In this document: in pieces, positions 37,450 through 47,542 of the stretch
Layout: every line of letters starts with the position of its first letter
Position numbering within the stretch: position 1 is the first letter of the stretch
Source: Fibrobacterales bacterium
GTDB taxonomy: Bacteria; Fibrobacterota; Fibrobacteria; Fibrobacterales; JAOPTW01
DNA: 64,000 nucleotides
Assembly: GCA_051532055.1 (NCBI GenBank)
Contig: JAOPTX010000009.1
Location: 16,262 to 80,261 of the forward strand
Direction: 5' to 3'
The notes under the pieces: generated by a model
What the model saw: the letters and a program-made list of their open reading frames with translations, nothing else
Told to the model about the DNA's origin: nothing
Databases searched by the model: none
Position numbers and translations under genes: made by a program

Positions 37450-38199
37450 ATGGTCGTAAATATTCTCTTATGGTGTTGTGTAATTTTCATGGTTGGCTGT
37501 GAAGGGGTTAATAGGGGGGCTGAGGTTAATGCTTTTTCATCCGATGCAACAGTATCTTCTGAGGGGTCATTCTCTCTGTCAAGTGCCCCTGAAGTTTTGA
37601 GTTCAGAAAATATCCAAGAGAGTGCATATGAATTTAGTAGTTCTCGTGGGATAAGAGAGTCTTCTAAGTCTTCTGAATCTTCTGTAGTACTCGACAATGA
37701 CGCTGACTCATCTTTTGAGATTGATACAGTAGGGAGTAGTGCACAATCGTCATCAATTGAGATAACCAGTTCTTCTCGTGGTGAAGCACCGATCTCTTCA
37801 AGTATTTCCATAAGACAAGCAAATCTCACGTGGTATACCTCATATCCCGACCCAGGGAGTGAAGAGTGTATTGTGTATAATGGGTGTCAATGGGCGGGCT
37901 ATTTTGCAGGAGTCGATGGGCAGATGAGCGAAACATGGGTAGAGGAACATAACATCGCTGCAGTGCATGAAAAAGATTTTGATACCTTTGCTCTCAAAAC
38001 GTTACGCCTAAGCCAGGGAGATCACGAGATAGATGTCGTGGTCTATGATATGTGTGCAGATTCAGATTGTGATGGATGCTGTACTCAAAATGCAGAAGGG
38101 CCTGGTTTTTTAATCGATGTCGAAAGTTTTACTGCGGAACGGTTTGGAGTAAACGATGGGGTGGTTGACTGGTATTGTCTAGACTGTTTAAATGAATAA
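37450..38199 (+). CDS. Lipoprotein with Cys-rich C-terminal domain, probable double-psi beta-barrel (expansin/RlpA-like)
   Basis: MVGC; ANLTWY, IAAVH, VVVYDMC...C..CC, LIDVE pattern. Confidence 0.6.
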   Translation: MVVNILLWCCVIFMVGCEGVNRGAEVNAFSSDATVSSEGSFSLSSAPEVLSSENIQESAYEFSSSRGIRESSKSSESSVVLDNDADSSFEIDTVGSSAQSSSIEITSSSRGEAPISSSISIRQANLTWYTSYPDPGSEECIVYNGCQWAGYFAGVDGQMSETWVEEHNIAAVHEKDFDTFALKTLRLSQGDHEIDVVVYDMCADSDCDGCCTQNAEGPGFLIDVESFTAERFGVNDGVVDWYCLDCLNE

Positions 38200-38306
38200 A
38201 GGGGTTGATTTGGACCACTTACTCTTCGTACTATTTCTTTTCAATCTTAGGTCACCATTTTAAGTATACTATAGATACTAAGAACCATTTGTACCATGGA
38301 GTGAGT

Positions 38307-41024
38307 GTGTATTTATTAAAACTACTGGTTATATCTATAATGGCGGCACTTTTTATGGTGCACTGCTCCATAGCCCCCTATCAATTACTCGAAAGTGAGA
38401 AGTTCACTGTGCACTATCCAGGCTCAGAACAACTAATTGATTATTCACAGTATGGGATGTTTAAATACGCAGGAACACCGCACTATCGGTTTCAGATTAC
38501 TGAGCTTGCAGGTCTCAAAAATGCTGCAGGGGCGGGAGTATATCCCAATAGAACCTTTGCTGGTTTAGATTCCCTTTACCCTCAGGTGAGTGCATCACCT
38601 ATGTTTAGCACGCCTTTTTTTGATCAGGGTGAATATGCTCACGCTGATTACTTTAAGTCTCTCTTTGCAAAAGAGGGGTGGGCACTCCGGTACTACTATG
38701 CTGCAGATGCTCTGGTTCGAACGGGTGAGATTCTCCAGGCCATAAAAACCTATTACGCTATTGTCGTGCACTTTCCTACGGAGTTCTCATATAGGGCTGA
38801 TGGAAAAGAGGTGTGGTATATTGCAAAAAGTGCTATAACCAAAATTCAAATTCTTGTGGGTAAACATCCACAGTTAGGACTCCGGTATAGCGGCTCATCA
38901 TTTGTGGTGAAAAATACTGACGACTATGATGTGAGTAATGATGTGGTCTCAGTAAATCCTGGGAGGATAACGGGAGAGGCTGTAGGTGCATCTATTATTG
39001 GTGGTATTCCAGAAGGATATGCAATAACGCCTGAAAAGCGTGATACAGAACTCCTTAAAAGCGAAGTTGTACTTTCTGATATGGGGCAGAAGGAGTTTAT
39101 TGATTATGCGCTCTATGGTGTGTTTACTCATGAGGATGGGTCAGGCGTTTTTAGCTATACCATTACTGACTCTATAGGCCTTGCGGCGGTTGCGGGTGAG
39201 GGGGTCTATCCAAATCAGTCTACGGTATTTACCAATGAACTCTATACGATGTTAACAAGTGCAGAGTGGCTCACTGTTGAATGTTTTGAAACCTTCTCGT
39301 ATAATTCGCCCCTTCTACAATATCTCTCTTTTGCGACAGTAACGGAAACATCCAATCCTGGGCGCTCAATTAATAAAGGTGAGAAGCTTTTCTTCACAGG
39401 AGTTACCTTGCAAAATGCCGGTGATCAACAGCACGATCTTAATCTAATTCGACAAGCTATTAAGGCTTACTATGCAGTGATTGTTCATTTTCCCGGTAAT
39501 GCCTCTATGGCAAGGGATAGTAGCTATGTGTGGTATCCCGCAAAGGCGAGCATTGGTAAAATATCGTTCTTGCTTGAGCAATACCCTGAGCTTGGTACGG
39601 CACTTGAGCAGACCATTGTTTCTATAAAAAATGAATTTGATATAGACACGAGTAACGATACCATAAGTATTAATCTAGGACACCTTGTACCCGCTATAAA
39701 TGAGCCCTTGCCGAATCTCGATACACTAAAGGTGGTGGAGCGTCGGTGTGGTGGCAAAAAAGAGGCAGTAGAACAATGTGATAAAAAAGTATTTGCAGAA
39801 AAATATGAGAACGGCCATTGGCAACTCTTTGCAGAGGGTAAGCCCTATATGGTGCAGGGAGTCTCTTACTATCCAACTGCCGTGGGCAACTCTCCGAAAG
39901 ATGGTACCGGGCTTAACTGGATGAAGAGTGATAGAAATAACAACGGCAAAGCTGACACTCCTTATGATGTATGGCTCGATAAAAACGGTAACAATACTCA
40001 AGATGCAGATGAACCCTCTGTAGGCGACTTTGCATTGATGCAAGAGATGGGAGCAAATACTATTCGCTATTATCATACACCGGTAGAGAAGCGTATAAAA
40101 AGAGACGGGCGTAAAGATTCTGTTTCAATATCTTACGACTCTGACGTGGCATTCGATAAAGCCGTACTTAGAGATCTTCATAAGACTTATGGCATTCGAG
40201 TGATTATGGGAGATTATATTGGCGCATATCTCATAGGCTCTGGCGCAGACCCGAAGATTGGTACGGATTATCGGGACCCCGTACAAAGAGAACGAATGAA
40301 AGAGATGGTCCGTGCATTGGTTATGGATCACAAAGATGAGCCCTATGTGTTGTTGTGGGTACTGGGTAATGAGAATAATATGCGCACTGATTATGAAGGG
40401 GCAAATATGACCATGACTCTTGCCTCACAATATCCAGAAGCGTATTGTCAGTTTCTTAACGAAGTTGCGCTCATGATTCATGAGATAGATCCTGATCATC
40501 CAGTAATGATTGGTAACCTCGAAACGCAACTGATGGAGTATTATGGTGAACATGCGCCAGAGATTGATATTCTTGGGGTCAACTCATATCGAGGTAAGGA
40601 GGGTTTTGGCGATCTATTCAACAATGTACAGCGCGTATTTGATAGACCACTTCTTATTGCTGAGTATGGATCTGATGTGCTTGATGTACGGAGTGATGGG
40701 ACGTCTATTAATGAGATGAGTCAATTGAATTACCATAAGGGTACTTGGGGTAATATTGTGAAGAATAGTGCAGGTAATAGTGGTGTAGGTAACGCAATTG
40801 GAGGGATCGCTTTTGAGTGGGTTGATGAGTGGTGGAAGAGTTCACTCGGTTCTAAGAATAATCAGGATATTGATAAAGATGCACCGATGCCCTTTCAAGA
40901 TGGGTGGTCATCGGAAGAGTTTTTCGGTATTATGAGCCAAGGTGAGGGTAGAGAGAGTCCTTATATGAGACAGCCCCGTATGGTCTTCTATTATTACAAA
41001 ACCATTTGGCCTCAGGTGCAATAA
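38307..41024 (+). CDS. Lipoprotein clan GH-A glycoside hydrolase (GH2/GH158-like TIM barrel) with duplicated N-terminal module (ORF track start 38205)
   Basis: GGAG-N5-GTG start, MVHC lipobox; GANTIRYY, WVLGNEN acid/base, GVNSYRG, IAEYG nucleophile, FEWVDEWWK. Confidence 0.75.
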   Translation: MYLLKLLVISIMAALFMVHCSIAPYQLLESEKFTVHYPGSEQLIDYSQYGMFKYAGTPHYRFQITELAGLKNAAGAGVYPNRTFAGLDSLYPQVSASPMFSTPFFDQGEYAHADYFKSLFAKEGWALRYYYAADALVRTGEILQAIKTYYAIVVHFPTEFSYRADGKEVWYIAKSAITKIQILVGKHPQLGLRYSGSSFVVKNTDDYDVSNDVVSVNPGRITGEAVGASIIGGIPEGYAITPEKRDTELLKSEVVLSDMGQKEFIDYALYGVFTHEDGSGVFSYTITDSIGLAAVAGEGVYPNQSTVFTNELYTMLTSAEWLTVECFETFSYNSPLLQYLSFATVTETSNPGRSINKGEKLFFTGVTLQNAGDQQHDLNLIRQAIKAYYAVIVHFPGNASMARDSSYVWYPAKASIGKISFLLEQYPELGTALEQTIVSIKNEFDIDTSNDTISINLGHLVPAINEPLPNLDTLKVVERRCGGKKEAVEQCDKKVFAEKYENGHWQLFAEGKPYMVQGVSYYPTAVGNSPKDGTGLNWMKSDRNNNGKADTPYDVWLDKNGNNTQDADEPSVGDFALMQEMGANTIRYYHTPVEKRIKRDGRKDSVSISYDSDVAFDKAVLRDLHKTYGIRVIMGDYIGAYLIGSGADPKIGTDYRDPVQRERMKEMVRALVMDHKDEPYVLLWVLGNENNMRTDYEGANMTMTLASQYPEAYCQFLNEVALMIHEIDPDHPVMIGNLETQLMEYYGEHAPEIDILGVNSYRGKEGFGDLFNNVQRVFDRPLLIAEYGSDVLDVRSDGTSINEMSQLNYHKGTWGNIVKNSAGNSGVGNAIGGIAFEWVDEWWKSSLGSKNNQDIDKDAPMPFQDGWSSEEFFGIMSQGEGRESPYMRQPRMVFYYYKTIWPQVQ

Positions 41025-41047
41025 TTGGCTAGAGCAAAGGAAAGAGT

Positions 41048-41863
41048 ATGAAACAAGCATTAATCACTGGAGGGACTTCTGGTGTTGGATTCTCAATTGC
41101 AGAAGGTATTCTTGCTCAAGGATATAACGTTGCTCTTATTGGTAGAAATCAAAAGCGAGGAGCTGAGGTTATTCAAGAACTGGAGGCGCGCTACCCCGGT
41201 AAGGTTTCATTTTTTGCGGTGGACTTGAGTGATCAAATTGCAGTTCACCACTTTATTGATGAGTATCGTGCACGTTATGATACTCTCGATCTAATAGCCC
41301 ATTGTGCGGGTATTGTCTCACCCAAAAGAGTACTGACTCAACAGAATGTTGAGCAGACCTTTGCGGTGGGGTGTGTGAGTGCTGCACAATTGAGTATCGC
41401 ACTTATGCCGCTGCTTCAAAAGGCCCGGCATGGGAGAATTATACATGTTTCGGGTAGTGCTTCAATGGTACTAAAAGAGCGGTTGTCATTTGCCGATCTC
41501 ACATTCGAAAAGGGGTACAATGGATTTAAAGCGGCAATTGCCGCAGTTCATGCAAAAACAGTTCTTACAGAAATTCTAGCTGAACGGTATTCCGGTGTTT
41601 CGGTTGTGTCGTTTCATCCTGGGATTGTCCGCTCAAACCTCCAAAGAGATTTGGGAGGTCTATTGGGGGTCATTGCAAGGTTTGCAGCTCGATTCTTCCC
41701 TAAGGTTTGTACCACTGGAATTTATGTCGCTACAGACCCCCTCTTCATTAAAGAGTCTGGGGTCTATGTCGCAAAAATATCAGTGAAAAAATTGCAGTTC
41801 TCTGCATCCTATAAAGAGGAGCTTTGGAGGGGGTTACAAGCGCTCCTTGTACCACACCCCTGA
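41048..41863 (+). CDS. Short-chain dehydrogenase/reductase
   Basis: TGGTSGVG, VDLS, HCAG, FHPGIVRS; catalytic YxxxK appears degenerate (AAVHAK). Confidence 0.85.
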   Translation: MKQALITGGTSGVGFSIAEGILAQGYNVALIGRNQKRGAEVIQELEARYPGKVSFFAVDLSDQIAVHHFIDEYRARYDTLDLIAHCAGIVSPKRVLTQQNVEQTFAVGCVSAAQLSIALMPLLQKARHGRIIHVSGSASMVLKERLSFADLTFEKGYNGFKAAIAAVHAKTVLTEILAERYSGVSVVSFHPGIVRSNLQRDLGGLLGVIARFAARFFPKVCTTGIYVATDPLFIKESGVYVAKISVKKLQFSASYKEELWRGLQALLVPHP

Positions 41864-43241
41864 CTCTTTGAAAAGTTACGCTAAAATAAGTAAAGCCTCC
41901 ACCCTCAGCACCATATTTCTATATTTACAGTACTGTAACCATGGGTTAGAATCTGTTATGGTTATCCTATTGAAAACTAAGGAAGTGGAATATATGCGTG
42001 CAGTAATAGATAAATCAATGGTATCACCGGTAATACTGTTTGTTTTAGCTACAACCATACTATTGTTTTTGGGCGGGTGTTGTAATTGTAATCAAGTCCG
42101 CGTCGTGGTTACGCATCATGATGCTGCAGGTGACTCGCTCTCAATAGCGGCGAATTGTCGTATTATCGAAGATACAATGGCAACCATATATACTTCGTGG
42201 GAATCTGCTCCTGATGATCTTTCTCAGATTAAGAAATCTGAAAGTACTCCACTACCAAAGCAAGCAGTTACTAACTGGGAAGATGCAGAAATCCCTGAAG
42301 ATCTCGCTGCAAATTATGAAGACTATACTGTTGATCCCGCGGGAACAATACCGTACCAGACTGAGTATGTGGTCATTCTTGTTATTGATGGCGTCCGATG
42401 GAGTGAATCGTGGGGAGACTCGACCTTCTCCTTAATACAGAATCAAGCACACATTATGAAGCAACAAGGGGTCTTTAATAAGAATTTTTATAATGATGGT
42501 GTGACTGAAACAGTGCCCGGGCATACCGCTCTTACTACCGGTTATTATCAGAAAATGAATAATCATGGTAAACAGCTCCCTAAGAAATCATCAATTTTTC
42601 AACATTGGCGTAAGGCTTTTCATAAAAAGAAAAGTGATGCCTATATTCTTGCAACAAAAGGAAAACTTGCGGTACTCGGGTCATCTCTCGACCCTAAATG
42701 GCGCGGTAAATACGAACCGAAGACTTATTGTGGCGTTAAAGGGAAGGGTGTTAAAGGCGGCTATTCTAACGATAAAGCTATGATGAAAAAAGCGTTTAAG
42801 GTATTGCGAAAATATCACCCTCAGTTGAGTTTGATTACCTTGTATGGACCTGACTATTGGGGCCATAAGAAAAAATGGAAAAAATATGTGCGTGCGATTG
42901 AAGAGACTGATGAGATGGTCTTAACATTACTTGAGTATTTTCAGAACGACCCTTTTTATAAGGGTAAAACAACGGTCTTCTTAACCAACGATCATGGCCG
43001 TCATTTAAAAGGGCATAAGAATGGTTTTCATTCACATGGAGATAATTGTGAAGGCTGTAAACATTTAAGCTTTATGGCGTTCGGGCCCGACTTCAAACAA
43101 GATGTTGAGGTGTCAGTTCGTCGTAACCTTATCGATATCCCTGCTACTATTGAAGAGCTTATGGGCTTTGATGTCCCCCACGTAAAAGGTGATGTTATGA
43201 AAGAGCTCTTTCTTGATAAATACAAAAGCAACTTTAAGTAA
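41847..43241 (+). CDS. Alkaline phosphatase superfamily metalloenzyme, probable lipoprotein (true start probably about 41994)
   Basis: LVIDGVR, TETVPGH, PDYWGH, TNDHGRH; LGGC lipobox; Lys-rich catalytic domain. Confidence 0.8.
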   Translation: MYHTPDSLKSYAKISKASTLSTIFLYLQYCNHGLESVMVILLKTKEVEYMRAVIDKSMVSPVILFVLATTILLFLGGCCNCNQVRVVVTHHDAAGDSLSIAANCRIIEDTMATIYTSWESAPDDLSQIKKSESTPLPKQAVTNWEDAEIPEDLAANYEDYTVDPAGTIPYQTEYVVILVIDGVRWSESWGDSTFSLIQNQAHIMKQQGVFNKNFYNDGVTETVPGHTALTTGYYQKMNNHGKQLPKKSSIFQHWRKAFHKKKSDAYILATKGKLAVLGSSLDPKWRGKYEPKTYCGVKGKGVKGGYSNDKAMMKKAFKVLRKYHPQLSLITLYGPDYWGHKKKWKKYVRAIEETDEMVLTLLEYFQNDPFYKGKTTVFLTNDHGRHLKGHKNGFHSHGDNCEGCKHLSFMAFGPDFKQDVEVSVRRNLIDIPATIEELMGFDVPHVKGDVMKELFLDKYKSNFK

Positions 43242-43261
43242 CTCAATTAATGAGCAGTAAC

Positions 43262-44608
43262 TTATTTCTTCGTTGCTCTTTCTAAATTTCGTTTCGAAAT
43301 ATTAATAAGCCGTTGTAACCTTTTGAATCCTTTTTCAAAACTTCGAGGAGAGTAAACCTTTCTCTCTTTTTTGTGGAGGATATAGGCTTCGCCAACCGCT
43401 TCAGTGATTTGCTTTTTCCATGTGTCTAACATCTGAGGAGCTCGTGCAAGAGGACCATTGAGGAGCCTCAGTTGCGCTGCTTTATACTTTTTATTGTAGT
43501 AGTTCCAGCCTTTAACCACGGGATCACAACTTGCAGAACGTTGATTGTTATAGATTTTACATCGGTTAGAAATCTTACCCCATTGATCAATTTTCATACC
43601 TTCACTGGTGTCAAATGCGAGATCCATATCCCACGGTATGATATAATTGAGTTTTGTGAGTGGGTCGGCATACCAATAAAAGTTATGGGGTTCAGATATT
43701 TCATTCCCTTTGTACCACCAGTGGAAGGCGCCATCATTATTCCATATAGCACGGTCTACAGCGGCATAGGTTGCCATATAATCAGTATCAACCCATTTCT
43801 TTAGTTTTTTACCCAGAGTGCGGCGTCTTTTCGACTTACTCATATCTAAACCAAAAGAGTAGAATAGGTCTATTGCAGCAGAGTCAGCATTATTTTTAAG
43901 GGCTTTTCTAATGTCGAGTTTTGAAGCGGGTTGTTTATTCCAGAGCGTGGGCCACACCTCTTTGATAAGAGCACCATCGCCCCCTTTAAAGTTTCTTTCA
44001 ACAAAACGAGAATCAACATGCTCAACATGGCAAAAGAGTCCCATATGCTTGCCATTCATGTAAATTTTGGCATGTACTGCACGGGGGGCGGGTATGCCCG
44101 ACTCTCTAAAGAGCCAGTAACTCAGGCGCTCCCTCATTTGAGAAGCGTAGTTATTCATGCTATGAAATTGTAATTTTTTTATACCATAAAAGGTGCGCTC
44201 TTTAAGGTGGTCAATTTTTACCTTCATAGAGAGCTTGGAACAGGTTTTTTTACCACCCAGTGGCCAACCATTCTCTTTGGTTTTGGATACGCATCCCCAG
44301 AATGCACCTAGGGATCCTTTGTATCGTATGCCGACATTGGTGAGGGTGTCGCCCTCAAATACAAGTGCACCCGTTAAATAGCGTTCAGCCATTGGGTCAT
44401 GGTTTAAAACATTGAGAGAGTCTTCAGGGAGTAAGAGTTCATAGGTGCGCAGTGCTTTTTGATCGAAAATATAATCAGAACCTCTAAATAAGCCTTTAAG
44501 CTGTAAATAGGGTGGCCTACAACTGATGAATAGTGTGGTAGCAAATAACACCGGTAGGAGAAATAGAATGGTGACTTTTCGGGCGCAGATAAAATGTAAT
44601 AGTTTCAA
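43262..44608 (-). CDS. CotH kinase family lipoprotein (basic); TTG 44608 preferred over track start 44716
   Basis: FISC lipobox; GIRYKGS, MRERLSY, HVEHVD, NNDG, HNFYWY, IPWDMD. Confidence 0.85.
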   Translation of the reverse strand: MKLLHFICARKVTILFLLPVLFATTLFISCRPPYLQLKGLFRGSDYIFDQKALRTYELLLPEDSLNVLNHDPMAERYLTGALVFEGDTLTNVGIRYKGSLGAFWGCVSKTKENGWPLGGKKTCSKLSMKVKIDHLKERTFYGIKKLQFHSMNNYASQMRERLSYWLFRESGIPAPRAVHAKIYMNGKHMGLFCHVEHVDSRFVERNFKGGDGALIKEVWPTLWNKQPASKLDIRKALKNNADSAAIDLFYSFGLDMSKSKRRRTLGKKLKKWVDTDYMATYAAVDRAIWNNDGAFHWWYKGNEISEPHNFYWYADPLTKLNYIIPWDMDLAFDTSEGMKIDQWGKISNRCKIYNNQRSASCDPVVKGWNYYNKKYKAAQLRLLNGPLARAPQMLDTWKKQITEAVGEAYILHKKERKVYSPRSFEKGFKRLQRLINISKRNLERATKK

Positions 44609-44805
44609 AATTAGTCTTTTGTTATGACGGTATGATGAGAACACCCAAATACAGGGCAAAAGTGGCATCTTCCCCAAGATAATCCACTCTGTTCTCATCA
44701 ACTCTCTGTAGGTCAAAATAAAGATATCAAATATAGAAGCAATCTAAAGGGTAACTCCCCAATGGGGAGCTGATATTGTTGATTATGCGCTCCGACTCTC
44801 TATTT

Positions 44806-45525
44806 TTAGTAAAGGATGCCAAGAGTCATTGAGACTGAAGTCGGTGGCTGTGTTTCCATTGTGTCAAATATTGAGAATGATCGAAGTTCTATGATGATTT
44901 GCTTGTCTGATAAGCGGAATACTTGTAGGCCAATTGACGCACCCGCACCAAATCCATGATACCATGAGTGTAATTCAGATTTTGAAGCACCATATCCAAA
45001 ATCGAAGCCTACAAAGGGTGAAAACCCTGAATCGGAAAGGTAGTAGTTGAGGCCCAGTGAGAGTGAGCTCAAGAAGTCATGGTGTTTTATGTTGGCGCTG
45101 TTTTGAAAGAGCACTTTAATAGAGCCATGGGGCGTGACTTCCCATAGTTTTCCAATTCCAGCAGAGTACTGAATTGACTCGGAGTAGCCAGGGAGAAAGG
45201 CAGGGCCAAAAGTAAAGAGATTATATTTTTTACTCTCAATTTTAGTTTTCATCTTCTTTTTGTTTCGTGGATCGATGTTGCCTACTCTATCTTCATGAGG
45301 CTCTGGCTGCATTGGCTGTTGAATGTACTGTGGAGTATGGGTGGCACTCTGAGCAGGCGCTTGTGGTGCTTGAATTATAACAGGTGCCGCTTGAGCCGGT
45401 ACCGCTTGAATGGTTGTCTGTTGCTGTGGGGGGGCTGCTTGTTGAATGATGACGTTTTGGGTAAAAGTTGCAGGCGCAGAGAAAGCAATAGATGCGAGAG
45501 TAATCAGAAGTGAAGTACGGGACAT
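44806..45525 (-). CDS. Secreted protein, Gln/Pro/Ala-rich N-terminus + small outer-membrane beta-barrel
   Basis: Signal peptide; amphipathic strands (SPFVGFDFGYG); terminal aromatic GILY. Confidence 0.65.
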   Translation of the reverse strand: MSRTSLLITLASIAFSAPATFTQNVIIQQAAPPQQQTTIQAVPAQAAPVIIQAPQAPAQSATHTPQYIQQPMQPEPHEDRVGNIDPRNKKKMKTKIESKKYNLFTFGPAFLPGYSESIQYSAGIGKLWEVTPHGSIKVLFQNSANIKHHDFLSSLSLGLNYYLSDSGFSPFVGFDFGYGASKSELHSWYHGFGAGASIGLQVFRLSDKQIIIELRSFSIFDTMETQPPTSVSMTLGILY

Positions 45526-45660
45526 AATGACCTAAAGGGTAAAATACTGAGGTATAAGGTACAAAGTAATGTCTAAAATTCAAGGAAATGAAGGTGAGAA
45601 ATAGCTTCTTATTCTTACTGAAAGTAAACAGGAGCGGCGGGGCCTCTCCTTAAAATGACT

Positions 45661-46863
45661 CTAAAAGAGATGTTTGCTAAAGATTGTGGCAGGGAGCTTA
45701 TTGCCTGTTATGGAGTGTTTAATGGTTCTTTTGAGAACAAAATCAAACAAGAGCGGGTTATAATCAAAAATTTCATTGAGGAGCTCTCGTTCATGTTGGG
45801 TAATGTGGCCTGACTTAACCAGAGCTGAGGTCCGAATGATTATGTTGATTGCAGGGAGCGGGTAGTCGCTTCCATTGATGAGTTTGGGATGAATAGCATC
45901 GTTTTCAATAATTCTGTCAATTGAATGAAGGCGGTTTGATTGGGTAATGGCTGAAATATCTGCATAGAGGAGGCCATCATACCGAGGGTCTTTTAAGAGA
46001 TCAATAGCAGAAACCAGGTATTCCCCATGAGCGCCACAGGGTTCTTCAGTGCATGAACCGAGACTTGCGACATGGGCCATAATAACCTTGACTCCTTTAT
46101 TTAAGGGGGCATACAAATACTGTGGGTTGCCGTAGCGCTGTGCCTCTTCACCCTCTGTTGCTTTTTCATCGCCGGTATGAGTTATGAGAACCATGTCAAA
46201 CTTTTTCATTGTTTCATAATAGGCATCCAACATTGGTTTTTTCTCTTGAGATGCAGGGTTAATATTCATTGAGTTGGGGAGCCATTTTACAAATCGTACT
46301 CCCTGTGCGCCGTATCGTTCGAGTTCTGCAATAGCGTCAAGTCGGTAGGGGTGAATTGATATGATAGGAAAGAAGAGGTCAGGGTATTGCTTAACAACTT
46401 TCATCATATAGGCGTTTGAAACATGAAAGGTAGAGTGCTTTTTTCGTATGGCGCCTGATTCAGAGTAATTATAATCGAATGCCATGAGGCCATACTTTAC
46501 AGGATAGGGATGCGACGTGATGAGTGCGGTTAATCGTTCTAAGTATTGGTCATCGATTTTGCTGTTTTTAGAAACGCCTGAGGCACTTTTATACACCTGA
46601 AACATAAGGTACCCTTTGGGGTGAGTCAGTGAAAGCCACTCCTCATTTACATAGGTACCATTGGCAACTGAGTTACCTACGAGATGGGTGTGGTAGTCAT
46701 AGGCGGTGTCATTAGGAATACTGCTCAATGCAGAGTCAATCAGTGCTTTTGCTTCTAGACTCAACTCTTGGGTGAGTAAAAAGGGGTCTTTTTTAGAAGC
46801 CCCACCGATAAGAGAACACGAAATAAAGAGGGGGAGTAAGAGAGTAAGAAGTATCGCTTTCAT
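45661..46863 (-). CDS. Amidohydrolase_2 family lipoprotein
   Basis: FISC; DYHTH, SIHPY, HTGDE, MAHVA, NGSDYP. Confidence 0.85.
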   Translation of the reverse strand: MKAILLTLLLPLFISCSLIGGASKKDPFLLTQELSLEAKALIDSALSSIPNDTAYDYHTHLVGNSVANGTYVNEEWLSLTHPKGYLMFQVYKSASGVSKNSKIDDQYLERLTALITSHPYPVKYGLMAFDYNYSESGAIRKKHSTFHVSNAYMMKVVKQYPDLFFPIISIHPYRLDAIAELERYGAQGVRFVKWLPNSMNINPASQEKKPMLDAYYETMKKFDMVLITHTGDEKATEGEEAQRYGNPQYLYAPLNKGVKVIMAHVASLGSCTEEPCGAHGEYLVSAIDLLKDPRYDGLLYADISAITQSNRLHSIDRIIENDAIHPKLINGSDYPLPAINIIIRTSALVKSGHITQHERELLNEIFDYNPLLFDFVLKRTIKHSITGNKLPATIFSKHLF

Positions 46864-46989
46864 GTGAATCCTAGAAAACTCTAAAAATATAAAGTTTTTT
46901 AGCGGGAGGGAATCCAGGAGGATACAATCTTCAGTTTGTAAAAGAAATTGTCTGAGAACGGTGGGTTTGTTGAGTGTGTTGAGTGAATA

Positions 46990-47355
46990 TTACTCGGTGG
47001 GAAGGTTTTTATCACTCCACTCGCGCCATCCCCCACTCATTGATACGGTATTGGTGTAGCCCATTTTCTGTAACGTGTTACACACAAGAACACTGCGGTA
47101 TCCACCACCACAGTAGACGACTATTGTTTCATCAGTATGGGGATGGAGTGATTCAATGTCACGCTCAATCACTCCTTTGCCAATATGCTGTGCACCCGCG
47201 ACATGGCCACGAGCCCATTCATCTTGTTCGCGGCAATCTATGAGTGCCATAGGTTCATTGTTGTTGATCATAGCGTGTACTGCATCTGGGGTGATTTCAG
47301 TGACTTCTTTAAGCGCTGACTTTACTATGGCAAGGAACTTTGGACTATGATTCAT
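46990..47355 (-). CDS. Single-domain rhodanese/sulfurtransferase
   Basis: IDCRE..EW..GHV.GA, YCGGGYRS, GGWREW. Confidence 0.9.
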   Translation of the reverse strand: MNHSPKFLAIVKSALKEVTEITPDAVHAMINNNEPMALIDCREQDEWARGHVAGAQHIGKGVIERDIESLHPHTDETIVVYCGGGYRSVLVCNTLQKMGYTNTVSMSGGWREWSDKNLPTE

Positions 47356-47542
47356 GGTGACTCCATTAGTGTGGTATTGAGAATATATTAAAATGCTTTT
47401 ACTCTGTCTCTGATAATCACAGACTGTTATTCAGCAAAGGTAGGTGCTTAACTGTTTGAGTGCTCTTAAATGGGTTGGCAGGGCTTATGGCATTACCTTC
47501 CTCAGAAATATCAATCTTGTAGCGGAGTATGGGGCCCTAGTA

